From positions 284,922-321,832 of the forward strand of contig NW_012236516.1 of NCBI RefSeq assembly GCF_000787575.1: 36,911 nucleotides of DNA, written 5' to 3'. Positions within the stretch are counted from its first letter, which is position 1; the number at the start of each line of letters is the position of its first letter. This document shows, piece by piece, positions 24,901 to 35,533 of this stretch. The DNA is from Acytostelium subglobosum (lineage: Eukaryota). Below the pieces are notes generated by a model. That model was not told the DNA's origin, made no database searches, and saw only the letters and a program-made list of their open reading frames with translations. The position numbers and the translations under genes are program-made.

Positions 24901-27900
24901 CCATTCGGCAATTCTAACAAGGTGTCCAAGTTGCAGGTGTCCACCAACAAGACCAACATCATCGTTGTGGGAGGCAAGGCCGGCTCGGGCAAGTCTTCCC
25001 TGCTCGCTCATTTTGTCGAACAGTTCCACCAGTACCGCGAGGACAACAAGCACAAGTTCAAGAACTCGCTCCCCGCTCTCGTTGTAACGCACTACGTCGG
25101 ATCGACCTCATCGTCCACAGACATTGCTGCCGCTCTCCACCGCATCTGCTACCAGGTGGTCACCAAGCTCAACATGACCGACACAATCCCCACGGACTAC
25201 AAGCAGCTCAAGTTGTTCTGGCCAGTGCTCATGAAGAAGGCCTCAGTCCGTGCCAAGATTATTGTTCTGATCGACGGCATCGACCAGCTGTCTACCAAGA
25301 ACGGCGCACAGTCCCTTGATTGGCTGCCAGTGGTCTCGCCTGTGAAGCTGATCGTGAGTGCGGCCGAGGGTGACCACACACTCTCCATTTTCAAGCGTAG
25401 GAAGCAACAGCCACTCGACCTGATAGTCGAGCCCATGGACGTGCGTGACAGTGCTGTGCTTGTGCAGACAAAGTTGGGCGACTATCGCAAGCGTCTGGAC
25501 GACTCGCCCTCCAACAATCAACTTCGCTCGCTGCTGACCAAGGCTGACGCTGTGCACCCACTCTACCTCGTGCTAGCATGTGAGGAACTCAGACTGTTTG
25601 GAGGTTTTGAAGAGCTGAGTGACAAGATCAAGCAGCTGTCCCCAACGCTGCCACGTCTGTTTGACGACATCATGGAGCGTCTCGAGAGGGACCACGGCAA
25701 GCAGCTCATTGCCAACTGTTTGAGTGCCATTGCCTGCTCTCGTGTCGGACTCTCCGAAGCAGACCTCGTCACCTTGCTGGCCCGTCGCGCCACCCATCAA
25801 AATGAGACACAGCTGCCAGCTGGTATCTGGTCGCGTCTCCTCCGCAGCATCCTCCCATACCTCATGCAAAGCTCTGATGGAACTTTTGAGTTCTTCCATC
25901 ACCAGATGAAGCTTGCCGTCATGAAGAGATACTTGACTATCTCAGAGTCGGCTGTCAACGTCCACAAGATGCTGGCTGCCTTCTACATCGCCGCTGTCGA
26001 CCCCACCGGCACAGGCAACTACGTGGGCGGCGATGCCAAGGCTATCTCCGAGCTGCCCTACCATCTCGCCAAGTCTAAGAACTTGGCTCAGCTCGAGAGC
26101 GTGTTGTGCAACCTCGAGTTTGTGCAGAAGAAGTGTGAGCTGGGCATGACCTTCCAGTTGATTGGTGACTACGTCGATGGCTTGGGTGATGAGCTCAACG
26201 CCGACAAGTCTTCATCCTCGTCCACACTGTCCAGCGCCAAGATGAAGAGCAAGCTCATCTATGACAACCTGCGTGACTTTTACCGCTTCGTCGCCACTAC
26301 GTCGCACATTATCTCGCGCTCACCTCAGCTCGTATTCCAGGAGGCTGCCAACCAACCATCATCATCCTTTGCCGCCAAGGTCGCTCGCACCCATCAGAAC
26401 ACACACAAGGATTCATGGATTGAGTGGCAGAACAAGCCCGAGAGCAAGGACGCCTGCAAGCAGACCCTGGCAGGTCTGGGAGGCGCCACCGCCGTCGAGT
26501 ACTCTCCCAATGGAAAGTTGATGGCCGTTGCCAAGAAGGACTGCTCCATCCACATCTACAACACAGCCAACGGCGCAGAGTTGTGGGCCTTGGAGGGTCA
26601 CACCAACTGGGTCTCATCGCTGTCCTTCTCGGCCGACAGCAAGCTGTTCGCATCAGCTTCTTGGGACAACTCAGTCATTCTCTGGGACACTGTGGTTGGC
26701 GCACCAATGCACCGCTTCAAGGGCCACCAGCAGGCAGTTAACTGCTGCAGGTTCTCCCCCGACTCGAACTACCTGGTGTCTGGTGGCTGGGACTCGTCGG
26801 TCATCGTCTGGAACATCACTGACCGCTCGATCTACCGCAACATCCGTGCTCACTCCAAGCCTGTCAACCACGTGGCCTGGAACCACGATGGCACACACAT
26901 TGCCTCGGCTTCATGGGATGGCTCTATCAAGGTCTGGAACCCCTTCGAGACGATCGCCAAGCAGCGTCTCCTGCACACGATGGATGTGTCCAGCACAGTC
27001 AAGGGATCGATCAAGTGCTGTGAGTTCTCTCCCAACGGCAAGCAAGTCATTGCCACGGCCATGGACGCCTCTGTGCTCCTCTTTGACATCCAGTCAGCCA
27101 AGCTGGTGTCTGTGATTGGTCATCACGCCAAGGCCGTCAACTACTGTTCCTTCTCCAAGGACGGTGAGCACTTTGTCACCTCGTCCGACGACGCCACACT
27201 CAAGATCTGGACCCCAACACTTGGTGTGCAATTGGAGAACCTTCACCTCCAGGACGGCGTGTACGCAACTTGCATGGCCTACTCCCCCAGCCGATCTATC
27301 TTGGCAGCCGGCTGCTCAGATTGTGCTGTCCGTTTGTTTGACGTCTCCCCAAGCAGCTCTGTTACAACAGGCTTCAAGCTGCTCGCCAAGCTCACCGGTC
27401 ACACTCGAGCAATCAGTGGTGTGTCGTTTACCGCTGATGGCCTCAATCTTGCCTCCACTTCTGAGGATCGTATGATCCGTGTGTGGGACGTGGTCAACCG
27501 CGAGGAGGTCTCGTCCATCGAGGCAGCTCACAACGAAACGATCAACTCTGTGGCCTTCTCGCCAGTTGAAGCAGGTCTCTTGGTCTCTGGTTCGGACGAC
27601 TTCACTAGCAAGGTGTGGCGCAACGGTGTGCACGTAGCCACATTGGGCGGCAACTTCAATACCATCAAGTACGTTACTTTCTCGCCCAACGGAAAGTATA
27701 TCGCCACTGTGTCGCGAGACTGCTCGATCACTCTCTGGCTCGTCAATGGCTTCAAGGAGGTTGGCAAGCTCACTGGCCACACGGACTGGATCAACTTTGT
27801 TGCCTTCTCACCCGACTCCAAGCGATTGGTCAGCGGTGGCTGGGACTTCAACGTCAAGGTATGGAGCATGAACAGCAAGAAGGAGCTGATCACACTAAAG

Positions 27901-29163
27901 GGCCACTCGGGCTCGATCGAGAAGGGCTTCTTCACACCGGACAACAAGTACATCATCACCAGCTCGTTCGATGGTACAATCAAGGTGTGGGACCCATCTG
28001 GATCTGAGCTCACCTCGCTCAAGCATGCCTCCAGAATCAGCGACATTGTGCATACGGGTGGCGATACCATCCTCTCGTCGTCTGACGATGGAGAGCTCAG
28101 GAAGTGGAACCCTATCTCTGGTCTCTGTCTGGCCACCCTCACAGGACACTCTGGTCCCGTCAAGCAAACCGTCTTCCTCGGACAGGATTCTTCTGGCAGC
28201 AGCACCAGCAGTTTTGGCAGCAGCGAGAAATCATTCGCCAAGACACTGGCATCAGCTTCAGAGGATGGCTCGGTCAAGGTTTGGGACTTCACCAACCTCA
28301 CCAACCTGGTCACAGCCCATCAGTCCTACATCAACGACTGCTCATACTCGACTGATGGCAAGCTCCTGGTCACAGTGGGTGATGACAAGTGCATCAAGAT
28401 CTGGGACACCAAGACCGGCAACAACATCAAGACCATCGTGTCCAACAACTCTATCCCCACATCATGCGCCTTCACCGCCAATGGAAAGATTGTCGTTGGC
28501 AAGCAGAATGGAGAGTTGGTCGTCTATGACGTTGCCCCTGACTTTACAGAGCGGGCCACCTACAATGCTCACCAGTCCAAGGTGTCATCCATTGCCGCAT
28601 ACAAGCACGACGACGATACCTACGTATCTGTTGGCTGGGACCGTGTTGTCAACCTCTGGAGCAACAAGTCGTGCATCAAGCTCACACAGACTGCCGACTG
28701 GATTGAATGCGCAGCCTTCTCGCCCGATGGAGAATGGATTGCTATCGCTGGACGCCAGAACGAGATCACATTGATCAAGCCCAACAAGCAGACCACTACA
28801 GTGCGCACCTCGTTCGATGTCAAGTACATCACATCTATGGTCTTCTCGCCCGACTCTGAATCTCTCGCCATTGGAACATTTGGCGGAGACGTCGAGATCC
28901 TCAACATTGCCTCGCGTCGCTTCAGCGCAGTGTGCACCGCTCAGAAGGAGGCCATCTCATGTCTGCGCTACCTCGATGACTCGAGACTGGTGTGCGCGTC
29001 CAAGGATCGCAGTCTCATCGTTTGGAACCTTGAGAAGAGTGAGATTGAGAACGAGTTCATCCACAACGCTGCCATTATCTCCATGGACTGCAGAAACAAC
29101 AGAATAGCCACAGGCGACAGCAATGGAAAGCTTTATTTATTGTCCTATCATAAGAGTAAATAA
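21921..29163 (+). CDS. TEP1: TEP1-like protein (telomerase/vault-associated protein 1 homolog): RGG-rich N-terminus, TROVE domain, DUF4062, NACHT P-loop NTPase, ~20 WD40 repeats; 3 exons, ~2390 aa
   Basis: Exons 21921..22462, 22547..22670, 22753..29163. Intron 1 is 84 nt (in frame) from GTATGT at 22463 with branch GACTAAC. Intron 2 runs GTATGT at 22671 to aaacag at 22752 with TACTAAC. N-terminus: MVRGGNDRGRGRGGRGGRGGRGGGRGG. TROVE hallmarks: LIRVLHISQPNYNVMCILGKKYP, PETWETLLSEKGN, WEELIDHNKLPFMAMLRNLRNM, then a vWA-like VVFVYVGGGETTC. DUF4062-like: [52 protein letters not shown]...LGQRYGWVP. NACHT Walker A: IIVVGGKAGSGKSSLLAHF. From about 26460 onward there are repeated WD40 units (GHTNWVSSLSFSADSKLFASASWDNSVILWD, GHQQAVNCCRFSPDSNYLVSGGWDSSVIVWN, GHTDWINFVAFSPDSKRLVSGGWDFNVKVWS, and others). 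The stop TAA lies inside an AATAAA at 29159..29164. Confidence 0.88.
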
Positions 29164-29164
29164 A
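29159..29164 (+). promoter_or_regulatory. AATAAA overlapping the TEP1-like stop codon
   Basis: ..AAG AGT AAA TAA atcc; the stop TAA at 29161..29163 is embedded in AAATAAAT. The convergent minus-strand gene stops at 29200, only 36 bp away. Confidence 0.4.
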
Positions 29165-29199
29165 TCCTTGGGCCATATTATCAATCATACATCAATCAA

Positions 29200-30139
29200 T
29201 TAGATCATCTGAGGTGTAACTGGTGGAGGTTGTGTGTAGTAATAGTAGTAGTTGTACTGGGGTGGCTGCTGGAGTTGTGGCTGAGGTTGTGGAAGATAGT
29301 CGAATGAGTTGATTGATTGAGTGGAGAGTGGCATTGGCAGTGGCTGAGGAGGAATGTATGTTGGTTGAGCAACTGTAGGGAGAGGTACAGTAGCTTCTTC
29401 TTCTTGTTGTGCTTCAGATTGATGAGCTCTATATTGTAACTCACGCAATACAAGTGCCAAACTCAACATATGATGGACGCCAAGTATTTGGATTGTAACA
29501 ACAAACACCAAGAATATTAATACAAGAATTGATACCTTATAATCATTCTCTATCACAGAGATAACAAATACAGCAATCGTAATAAACAATGCAGCAATTG
29601 AATAGATTGATAGCTAAATGATTTAGTCCAATTAATAATATTATTAGTAACTTTGGAGGATAATATTGCCCTTCAATTTTATGAACATACGTGGAGTAAT
29701 AAAAGGACAACTCTTTTCTTGATGGAATACGATCCCAAGAGGAGTGTAAACAGATGACAGCCAAAGGCAAAGGTGATCAATATCTTGTATTCCTCCATAC
29801 CTGCCACTAAGAATAAATATGTTCCAACTAACTTTTATGTCCAAAGTTGAGTATAATAAAGTTAGTTTTAGAAACCTGGAATATCCAGAAATAAAATGAA
29901 TGTAGTATACATACTAAATTTACAAAGATCAAGAGATAGGAATGATGGATACTATTGTTTAACTTGATGATGGTGTCCACATCGAGGTAAACGGTGAGTC
30001 CATCACCAATGTTGAATAGATGACTATCTGATTCTGATCTGGTCAAAGACTCTGTTTCCTCATCAACATAGTTAGTTGACAAATCTGGAGTATCCACTTC
30101 ATTCTGTGCGACCTTTGAATAATAATAATAAGGATCCAT
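29200..30139 (-). CDS. Putative small multi-pass (about 4 TM) membrane protein with Tyr-rich N-terminus and Pro/Gln/Tyr-rich C-terminal tail; tentative 3-exon model
   Basis: Tentative minus-strand exons 30139..29915, 29831..29691, 29613..29200. Donor GTATGT follows ..LIFVNL; intron 1 is 83 nt with branch AAACTAAC. Donor GTATGT follows ..LLLLH; intron 2 is 77 nt with branch GTTACTAAT. Product: MDPYYYYSKVAQNEVDTPDL... / LVGTYLFLVAGMEEYKILITFAFGCHLFTLLLGSYSIKKRVVLLLLH / LSIYSIAALFITIAVFVISVIENDYKVSILVLIFLVFVVTIQILGV...QPQPQLQQPPQYNYYYYYTQPPPVTPQMI*. I found no homology and the exon joins are inferred from splice signals only. The stop lies 36 bp from the TEP1 stop, and the two genes are convergent. 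Confidence 0.35.
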
Positions 30140-30656
30140 CCTTATCTTTTAAATGATAATATTGATTATTATTATTAATCCAACAAAGATTGATTGTTTA
30201 GTTATAACTATAATGAATGTGTCAAGATTGAAAAATGATATGAAATTGAGTTGATGTGATTGATTGATTGTTGGATTGTTGTAAGGTTGATCAATCAATC
30301 ACAAGACATGGTGAGGTGCCCAAACCTATTATTTGAGAAGAGCACTCCATTCTCAATCAGGCAGCAGCAATATACACAGTTGTGTGATGTGATTGATAGT
30401 TTGATTTGCTGCGATTGTCAATGATGTCAACTAGATCAAACCTAACCTCAAAGACGCTGATACACAACGAATCATGTGACCCACCCACTCCACTCTCAAT
30501 CAATCTACCTATCCCTGGGTATTTGTGTGTGTATGTGTATGTGTTGGATATACTAACCGAACGAATGGATGTCAATCTGTTGGGCAGGTGTCAACATTGA
30601 CTGACACAGGCAGGCATCAAATAAAAATCAAGTTGGATACAAACAATACATCATTA

Positions 30657-30676
30657 TTGATTGATTGATTGATTGA
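30657..30676 (+). repeat. (TTGA)n microsatellite
   Basis: ttgattgattgattgattga at 30657..30676; further ATTG/CAAT tracts at 30258..30270 and 30291..30300. Confidence 0.75.
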
Positions 30677-30927
30677 TAGAGGTAGAGTTATTATAATTGG
30701 ACATTATTATCTACATACCACTGTCACCACCAATCAACACGACATGTCAATCAAATATCTATCTCTGTGCCACACACCAATCAATCACCACACATGTCAA
30801 TCAACTGACATCCACCCCTAACACTGATCACTCGATCAAATATATCTCTTGATTCTGTGTGTGTGTTAGTGTGTGACACTTTATGACATTCGTTATGTTG
30901 TTATAATAAGATTACTTACTAAGTATG

Positions 30928-30959
30928 TTGACATGTGCCCATGTGACATCACATGTCAA
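30928..30959 (+). promoter_or_regulatory. Perfect 10-bp inverted repeat TTGACATGTG / CACATGTCAA with a 12-bp spacer; it contains three CATGTG/CACATG (E-box-like) cores
   Basis: ttgacatgtgcccatgtgacatcacatgtcaa. The related ACATGTCAATCAA also occurs at 30742..30754 and 30792..30804, and tgacatcatgtgacccatgtgtcag occurs at 17286..17310. All lie in 5' flanks of minus-strand genes. Confidence 0.4.
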
Positions 30960-31055
30960 TGTCTGTCAAGCTGGAAACAACATCTTTACAAATTGGAAAT
31001 TATTTGATTGAATGAAGAATGAATGAAAGTGATTGACTGATTGATTGATCAGGGA

Positions 31056-31883
31056 CTAGACCAACAACTGAAGACCCTTTATCTTTGGAAAGAGGAATTT
31101 GAAAATGATAGCAATCATTACAACGCTGATGACAATAATGATGACCAACATGGGGATTTCAGGTGGCACGCCATATTGCTCAGTGTCCATTATGATGTTG
31201 AAGCTGATCAGTCGATCCTTGTCATTGACTACATGACCAGGTGTGATGCCAGTGTTGAACGCTTCGACCACGACTACCAAACATTGCGGTGTCCATCTCA
31301 ACTGATCCGCATCCAACTTGTCTGGATAACCATTTGAATCCGTTATAAACTTGAACATCTCAGTATTGAGCAAGTCTCTTCCAGTCCTCGCATGCTGTTC
31401 ACGTATCTTTATGTTATCCGCATCAACATCTCGCAGTTTATGATGTGGATGGAAACGAATGGCAAAGTCTGCGGGACTCTTAGTTTGATTGATTGATTGA
31501 GTGAGTGAGTGAGTGATTGGAATGATTCCAGCGGGTATATGAGTGATCGATGTAGATGTACATACAGTTGATATATGTGATATACGGATTGAGTAGAGAG
31601 TGTTTGGTTGCAAGGGAGCGTTCAATCTGTAGAGTAGTGAACGTTGTTCATCAATAGGTCTAGTACGTTGTGATCTGATTGTTGATGTGATTGTAGGATC
31701 ATCATGTGGTAGTATGACTTGATCATATAGTTCACGATCATTAGGTAGATCAAACAATTGAGTAGTATCATTAATCCGCAGTAAATGATGACATTTGCTT
31801 CTCTCTAACTCAATCTCTGTCTCTATAGCTATTGAATCATAAACATATAACAATATAACAATGATAATGATAACTCCTCTCAT
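31056..31883 (-). CDS. Hypothetical type I membrane protein (N-terminal signal peptide, ~200-aa ectodomain, one C-terminal TM helix, short tail); probably 2 exons
   Basis: ORF 31056..31883 on the minus strand. N-terminus MRGVIIIIVILLYVYDSIAIE looks like a signal peptide. C-terminus ..PEIPMLVIIIVISVVMIAIIFKFLFPKIKGLQLLV* is a TM helix plus tail. A probable in-frame 87-nt intron (plus 31479..31565, GTATGT...caatcaatcaaactaag) sits in a CAAT-rich segment that otherwise translates to the low-complexity VCTSTSITHIPAGIIPITHSLTQSINQTK. No family was recognised. Confidence 0.45.
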   Translation of the reverse strand: MRGVIIIIVILLYVYDSIAIETEIELERSKCHHLLRINDTTQLFDLPNDRELYDQVILPHDDPTITSTIRSQRTRPIDEQRSLLYRLNAPLQPNTLYSIRISHISTVCTSTSITHIPAGIIPITHSLTQSINQTKSPADFAIRFHPHHKLRDVDADNIKIREQHARTGRDLLNTEMFKFITDSNGYPDKLDADQLRWTPQCLVVVVEAFNTGITPGHVVNDKDRLISFNIIMDTEQYGVPPEIPMLVIIIVISVVMIAIIFKFLFPKIKGLQLLV

Positions 31884-32483
31884 TGTATTTATATAGATCT
31901 AATATATGTTTGATTGAATGTGATTGATTGATTGAGTGTATATATATATACAGTAATATAAGTAATATAAAGTTATAAATAACTTCTGAATGAGTGTCAG
32001 TCCCAAAGTCTGTTCATGTGAAGATCATTAATTTCGCGGACCCAAGTATTCATTCATTAATCATTCACAGTCTATTCATCCATTCATTCATGTACTAGTA
32101 GTAGTACAGAGAGATAGATATCAAAGGATGATGTATTTGGAAGTGTGTGTGACCTTTCCAAGTCAGTTGCCCATTGAGAGCTCTCAAGCCCATCTGGGCT
32201 CTGAACACCACACCCCACCACAGCTCACTGTCCAACAACAATAACAACCAACCTACACCAATGATCATGATTAGGTAAATGTTATCATTCATTCTTATCA
32301 CATTGATACATCATAGATAGATAGATAGATAGAATGTTACAAGGCTGTAATGTATGTTTGATAACATATTGTCAAGGATTGGTTACTCACTCTTCATCAC
32401 TCCAACAGTCATTTGTTACCAGGTCGACATGGCTTCATAAGGTGTCTAACTTGACCTTAAGACCATCTTCATCCATATTCACA

Positions 32484-34304
32484 ATGTCTCATCCATTGTT
32501 GATGAACTATAATAGTAATAATAGTAGTGGAAACAGAAGTGTTGGTGGCTCACAATCATGGTCTGGTCATCAACAACATAGACATAGTGGCAACATGTTT
32601 AACAATAATGCCAGACATGATGAACATAGACCTATATTCCAAAGACCACCACAACATCGACAGCCACTAACATTCAACAACAACAGGAATGAGACACATC
32701 AACAACGACAACAAGACAGTGGTGATGGTGGCTTCTCTGATGTCATTGATGGTCGCGGACGAACAAGCAGCAACAACAATGGAAATGATTTTACTGTTAT
32801 GGCCAAGGTGGATTGGTCACTGGAGACACTGGATCCTATCAACAAGACAACGTACAAGCAATCGGACAAGGTCTCCGCCATGTCAGATGACCAGGTCAAG
32901 GGTTTCTTGAGTGAGCACGGCATCTCAGTCTCGGTCAACGCTCAATCACCAACACCAAACCCTGTTCTGGAGTTTGATGACATGGGATTCCCTGTGGCCA
33001 TCAATCGTTTGTTAAAGGAGAAGTACGACAAGCCCACCCCAATTCAATCGTTGGGCTGGCCCATCGCTATGAATGGACATGACCTCATTGGTGTATCCCA
33101 GACTGGCTCGGGCAAGACCATATCATTCGTGTTGCCAGCAATCCAACACTCATTGTCACAGCCTCGTTCACAACACTATAAGGGGCCACAAGTACTGGTC
33201 ATCGCTCCCACGAGAGAGCTCTCCGTGCAGATCAGTCAAGAGGCTCAGCCCTACTTACGCGCAGCACGAATGAATTCTGCCGTGGTGTATGGCGGTGATT
33301 CAAAGCAGTTCCAGATACAGCAGCTTCGACAACGACCTCAAGTGATCATTGGTACGCCTGGCCGTATCATCGACCTCGTGCAAGACGGACATCTCAATCT
33401 GAAGCATGTGTCGTACTTTGTCGTGGACGAAGCCGACAGGATGATGGACATGGGCTTTGAGGACCAGGTCCGCGCTATATTTGCCAACACGCGTCCGGAC
33501 CGCCAGGTGCTCTACTGGACGGCCACGTGGCCGCAGAAGGTCAAGTCGCTAGCTTACGAGTTCCTCACCGACCCGGTCGAGGTGCGCGTTGGAAGTGCCG
33601 AGTTGACGGCCAACCCCAACATCAAGCAGATGTTCAAGATCGTCGACACGGACAAGGACAAGCTCAACGCGCTCATTGATACGTTGGAGGGCATCTACAG
33701 TGCGAGGCCCGAGTCCAAGGTGTTGATATTCACAATGACCAAGGGTGGCGCAGACAAGCTCTCTGATCACATCAAAAAGATTGGCAACGCACGAATTGAG
33801 GCCATACATGGAGACAAGGCACAGAACAGACGAATGGCAATCATCAATGCATTCAAAGAGAACTATATCGATATATTGGTGGCGACGGATGTGGCGTCGC
33901 GTGGACTTGATATTAGGACCATCACAGATGTGATCAACTACTCACTTCCCAATCATATTGAGCCGTATATTCATCGAATTGGAAGAACTGCACGTGCTGG
34001 CGCAACGGGATACTCACATTCGATTGTTAGCAGGAGTTCACATAGTGATATCAGCATGATCTCGGACATTGTGGAAGTGTTACAACGTGCCAATCAAGAG
34101 ATACCCGCTGAACTACATGCATTGATTCCACCAAGATGTAATCAGAATCATCACCAACAACAAGGATATCATCGTGGCAGTGGATATGGACATCAAGGAA
34201 GACGTTATGGCGGCAACAACAACAACAGCTACCAATACAGACCAGACCAGCGACAGAGAGGTCCGATATCATTCAAATCGTCGTCTTCGTCGTCATCAAA
34301 TTAG
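32484..34304 (+). CDS. DEAD-box ATP-dependent RNA helicase, DDX5/DDX17/Dbp2 type, with Gly/Tyr/Arg-rich C-terminal tail; apparently single exon
   Basis: Motif Q: FDDMGFPVAINRLLKEKYDKPTPIQ. Motif I: SQTGSGKT. Motif Ia: PTRELSVQI. Also GG, TPGRIIDL, and motif II VVDEADRMMDMGF. Motif III: WTATWP. Motif V: ATDVASRGLDI. Motif VI: HRIGRTARAG. The tail is GYHRGSGYGHQGRRYGGNNNNSYQY. The start is set at Met 32484 (MSHPLLMNYNS..). The ORF is open in frame back to ATG 32334, and a possible 57-nt in-frame intron (32352..32408, GTATGT..CCAACAG) could attach a 6-aa first exon. Confidence 0.88.
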   Translation: MSHPLLMNYNSNNSSGNRSVGGSQSWSGHQQHRHSGNMFNNNARHDEHRPIFQRPPQHRQPLTFNNNRNETHQQRQQDSGDGGFSDVIDGRGRTSSNNNGNDFTVMAKVDWSLETLDPINKTTYKQSDKVSAMSDDQVKGFLSEHGISVSVNAQSPTPNPVLEFDDMGFPVAINRLLKEKYDKPTPIQSLGWPIAMNGHDLIGVSQTGSGKTISFVLPAIQHSLSQPRSQHYKGPQVLVIAPTRELSVQISQEAQPYLRAARMNSAVVYGGDSKQFQIQQLRQRPQVIIGTPGRIIDLVQDGHLNLKHVSYFVVDEADRMMDMGFEDQVRAIFANTRPDRQVLYWTATWPQKVKSLAYEFLTDPVEVRVGSAELTANPNIKQMFKIVDTDKDKLNALIDTLEGIYSARPESKVLIFTMTKGGADKLSDHIKKIGNARIEAIHGDKAQNRRMAIINAFKENYIDILVATDVASRGLDIRTITDVINYSLPNHIEPYIHRIGRTARAGATGYSHSIVSRSSHSDISMISDIVEVLQRANQEIPAELHALIPPRCNQNHHQQQGYHRGSGYGHQGRRYGGNNNNSYQYRPDQRQRGPISFKSSSSSSSN

Positions 34305-34410
34305 ATGAATGGTCGTCAAAAATCTCATAAAGGTCTTGAATCCATCCATTCATTCATTCATTCATTCATTTGTGGACAACAACAGGATAGACAGAGAGAT
34401 AATAATAATA

Positions 34411-35533
34411 ATGACTACTTCAAAGGATGTACCAAAAGATAACAAGTTATATGGAACCAAGGACTACTGGGAGCAGAGATACCAACAGTATGTCCTGTGA
34501 CTTGAAGTGTTCAAGGCTCGATCGATCAATCAATCACTCACTCATCACTCAATGAACTAACTAACTAGAGAGGCAACAACTACTTATGATTGGCTAAAGA
34601 CTTATAAGGACTTAAAGCCATTCTTTGAAACATGTCTAGGCGATAGGAGCGCCTCCATGCTGATGTTGGGCTGTGGCAACAGTTGTATGTTGTTGTCTAC
34701 TTAGAGTTAACTCTCTCCCATCATATATACGATTAGCTTGTCTCGATGATGAACTTTGTTCATTCATAGATTAGCAAGCCATAGCATTGCCATTGACTTG
34801 ATATACATTCATTCATTCATTCATTCAATTCAAATAGCCATTAGCGAGGATATGTATGACGATGGATATCACAGCATCACCAATGTAGACTTCTCTGGCA
34901 GCGTAATTGAGAATATGGCCAAGAGATGCGTCGACAGAACTGATATGAAGTGTATTGTATCGATCTACCAACCAACCAATCAATCAATGTGCTCACACTT
35001 CACTTCCATCATGGCGACGACGACGATAATGTAGGGATGGAGATGGATGTCCGCAAACTGGAATTCCAAGACAATACATTTGACATTGTACTTGACAAGG
35101 CTACACTGGACACATTCTTTGTTGACTGTGGCGATGTCTGGAATCCAAAGGAGAGTGTACTGGCCGATGTAAAGGCTGAAGTGGATGAAGCACTGCGGGT
35201 ACTCAAAGTCGGTGGCAAGTTTGTCATCATATCCTTTGGCCAGCCTCACTTTAGAAAGCAATACATTAAGCGAGAACAATGGGAGGATATCAAAGGTATG
35301 TTCATACATTCATTCATTCATTAGTTCATTCATTAGTTCAATCAATCATTCAATCAATCATTCATTCGTTCGTTCATTAATTCATCTAAACGACCATACA
35401 CAATAACAACAACAACAAACTCCACAATCTCCTCATTAACCTCTAACTTACTGATTGCCCATTTCCTGTTTTAGTCAGCACAATCGGTGACTTCTTTGGC
35501 TACTTCATCTACGAGATGACCAAGATTGCTTGA
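34411..35533 (+). CDS. eEF1A lysine methyltransferase of the EEF1AKMT4 (ECE2 N-terminal MTase-like)/Efm family, class I SAM-dependent MTase; 5 exons
   Basis: Exons 34411..34487, 34569..34684, 34838..34951, 35035..35295, 35475..35533. Donors are GTATGT at 34488, 34685 and 35296, and GTATTG at 34952. Acceptors are aactaactaactag|, attcaaatag|, taatgtag| and ttttag|. Spliced product: MTTSKDVPKDNKLYGTKDYWEQRYQQEATTTYDWLKTYKDLKPFFETCLGDRSASMLMLGCGNSSISEDMYDDGYHSITNVDFSGSVIENMAKRCVDRTDMKWMEMDVRKLEFQDNTFDIVLDKATLDTFFVD...ALRVLKVGGKFVIISFGQPHFRKQYIKREQWEDIKVSTIGDFFGYFIYEMTKIA*. It aligns motif for motif with human EEF1AKMT4 (YWDQRYQ; LVLGCGNS; W-E-MDVRKLDF; FDVVLEKGTLDA; GGRFISMTSAAPHFR). The conserved Trp is recreated across intron 3. 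Confidence 0.85.

Noticed and set aside
32334-32483. N-terminal extension of the helicase ORF from ATG 32334 (MLQGCNVCLITYCQGLVTHSS...), 50 codons upstream of the chosen start.
   Set aside because: The extension has no similarity to DDX5/Dbp2 N-termini and has Cys-rich, atypical composition. Met 32484 (MSHPLLMNYNS) directly precedes the Asn/Gly/Arg-rich region typical of this helicase family. It is kept as an alternative, possibly via a 57-nt in-frame intron.
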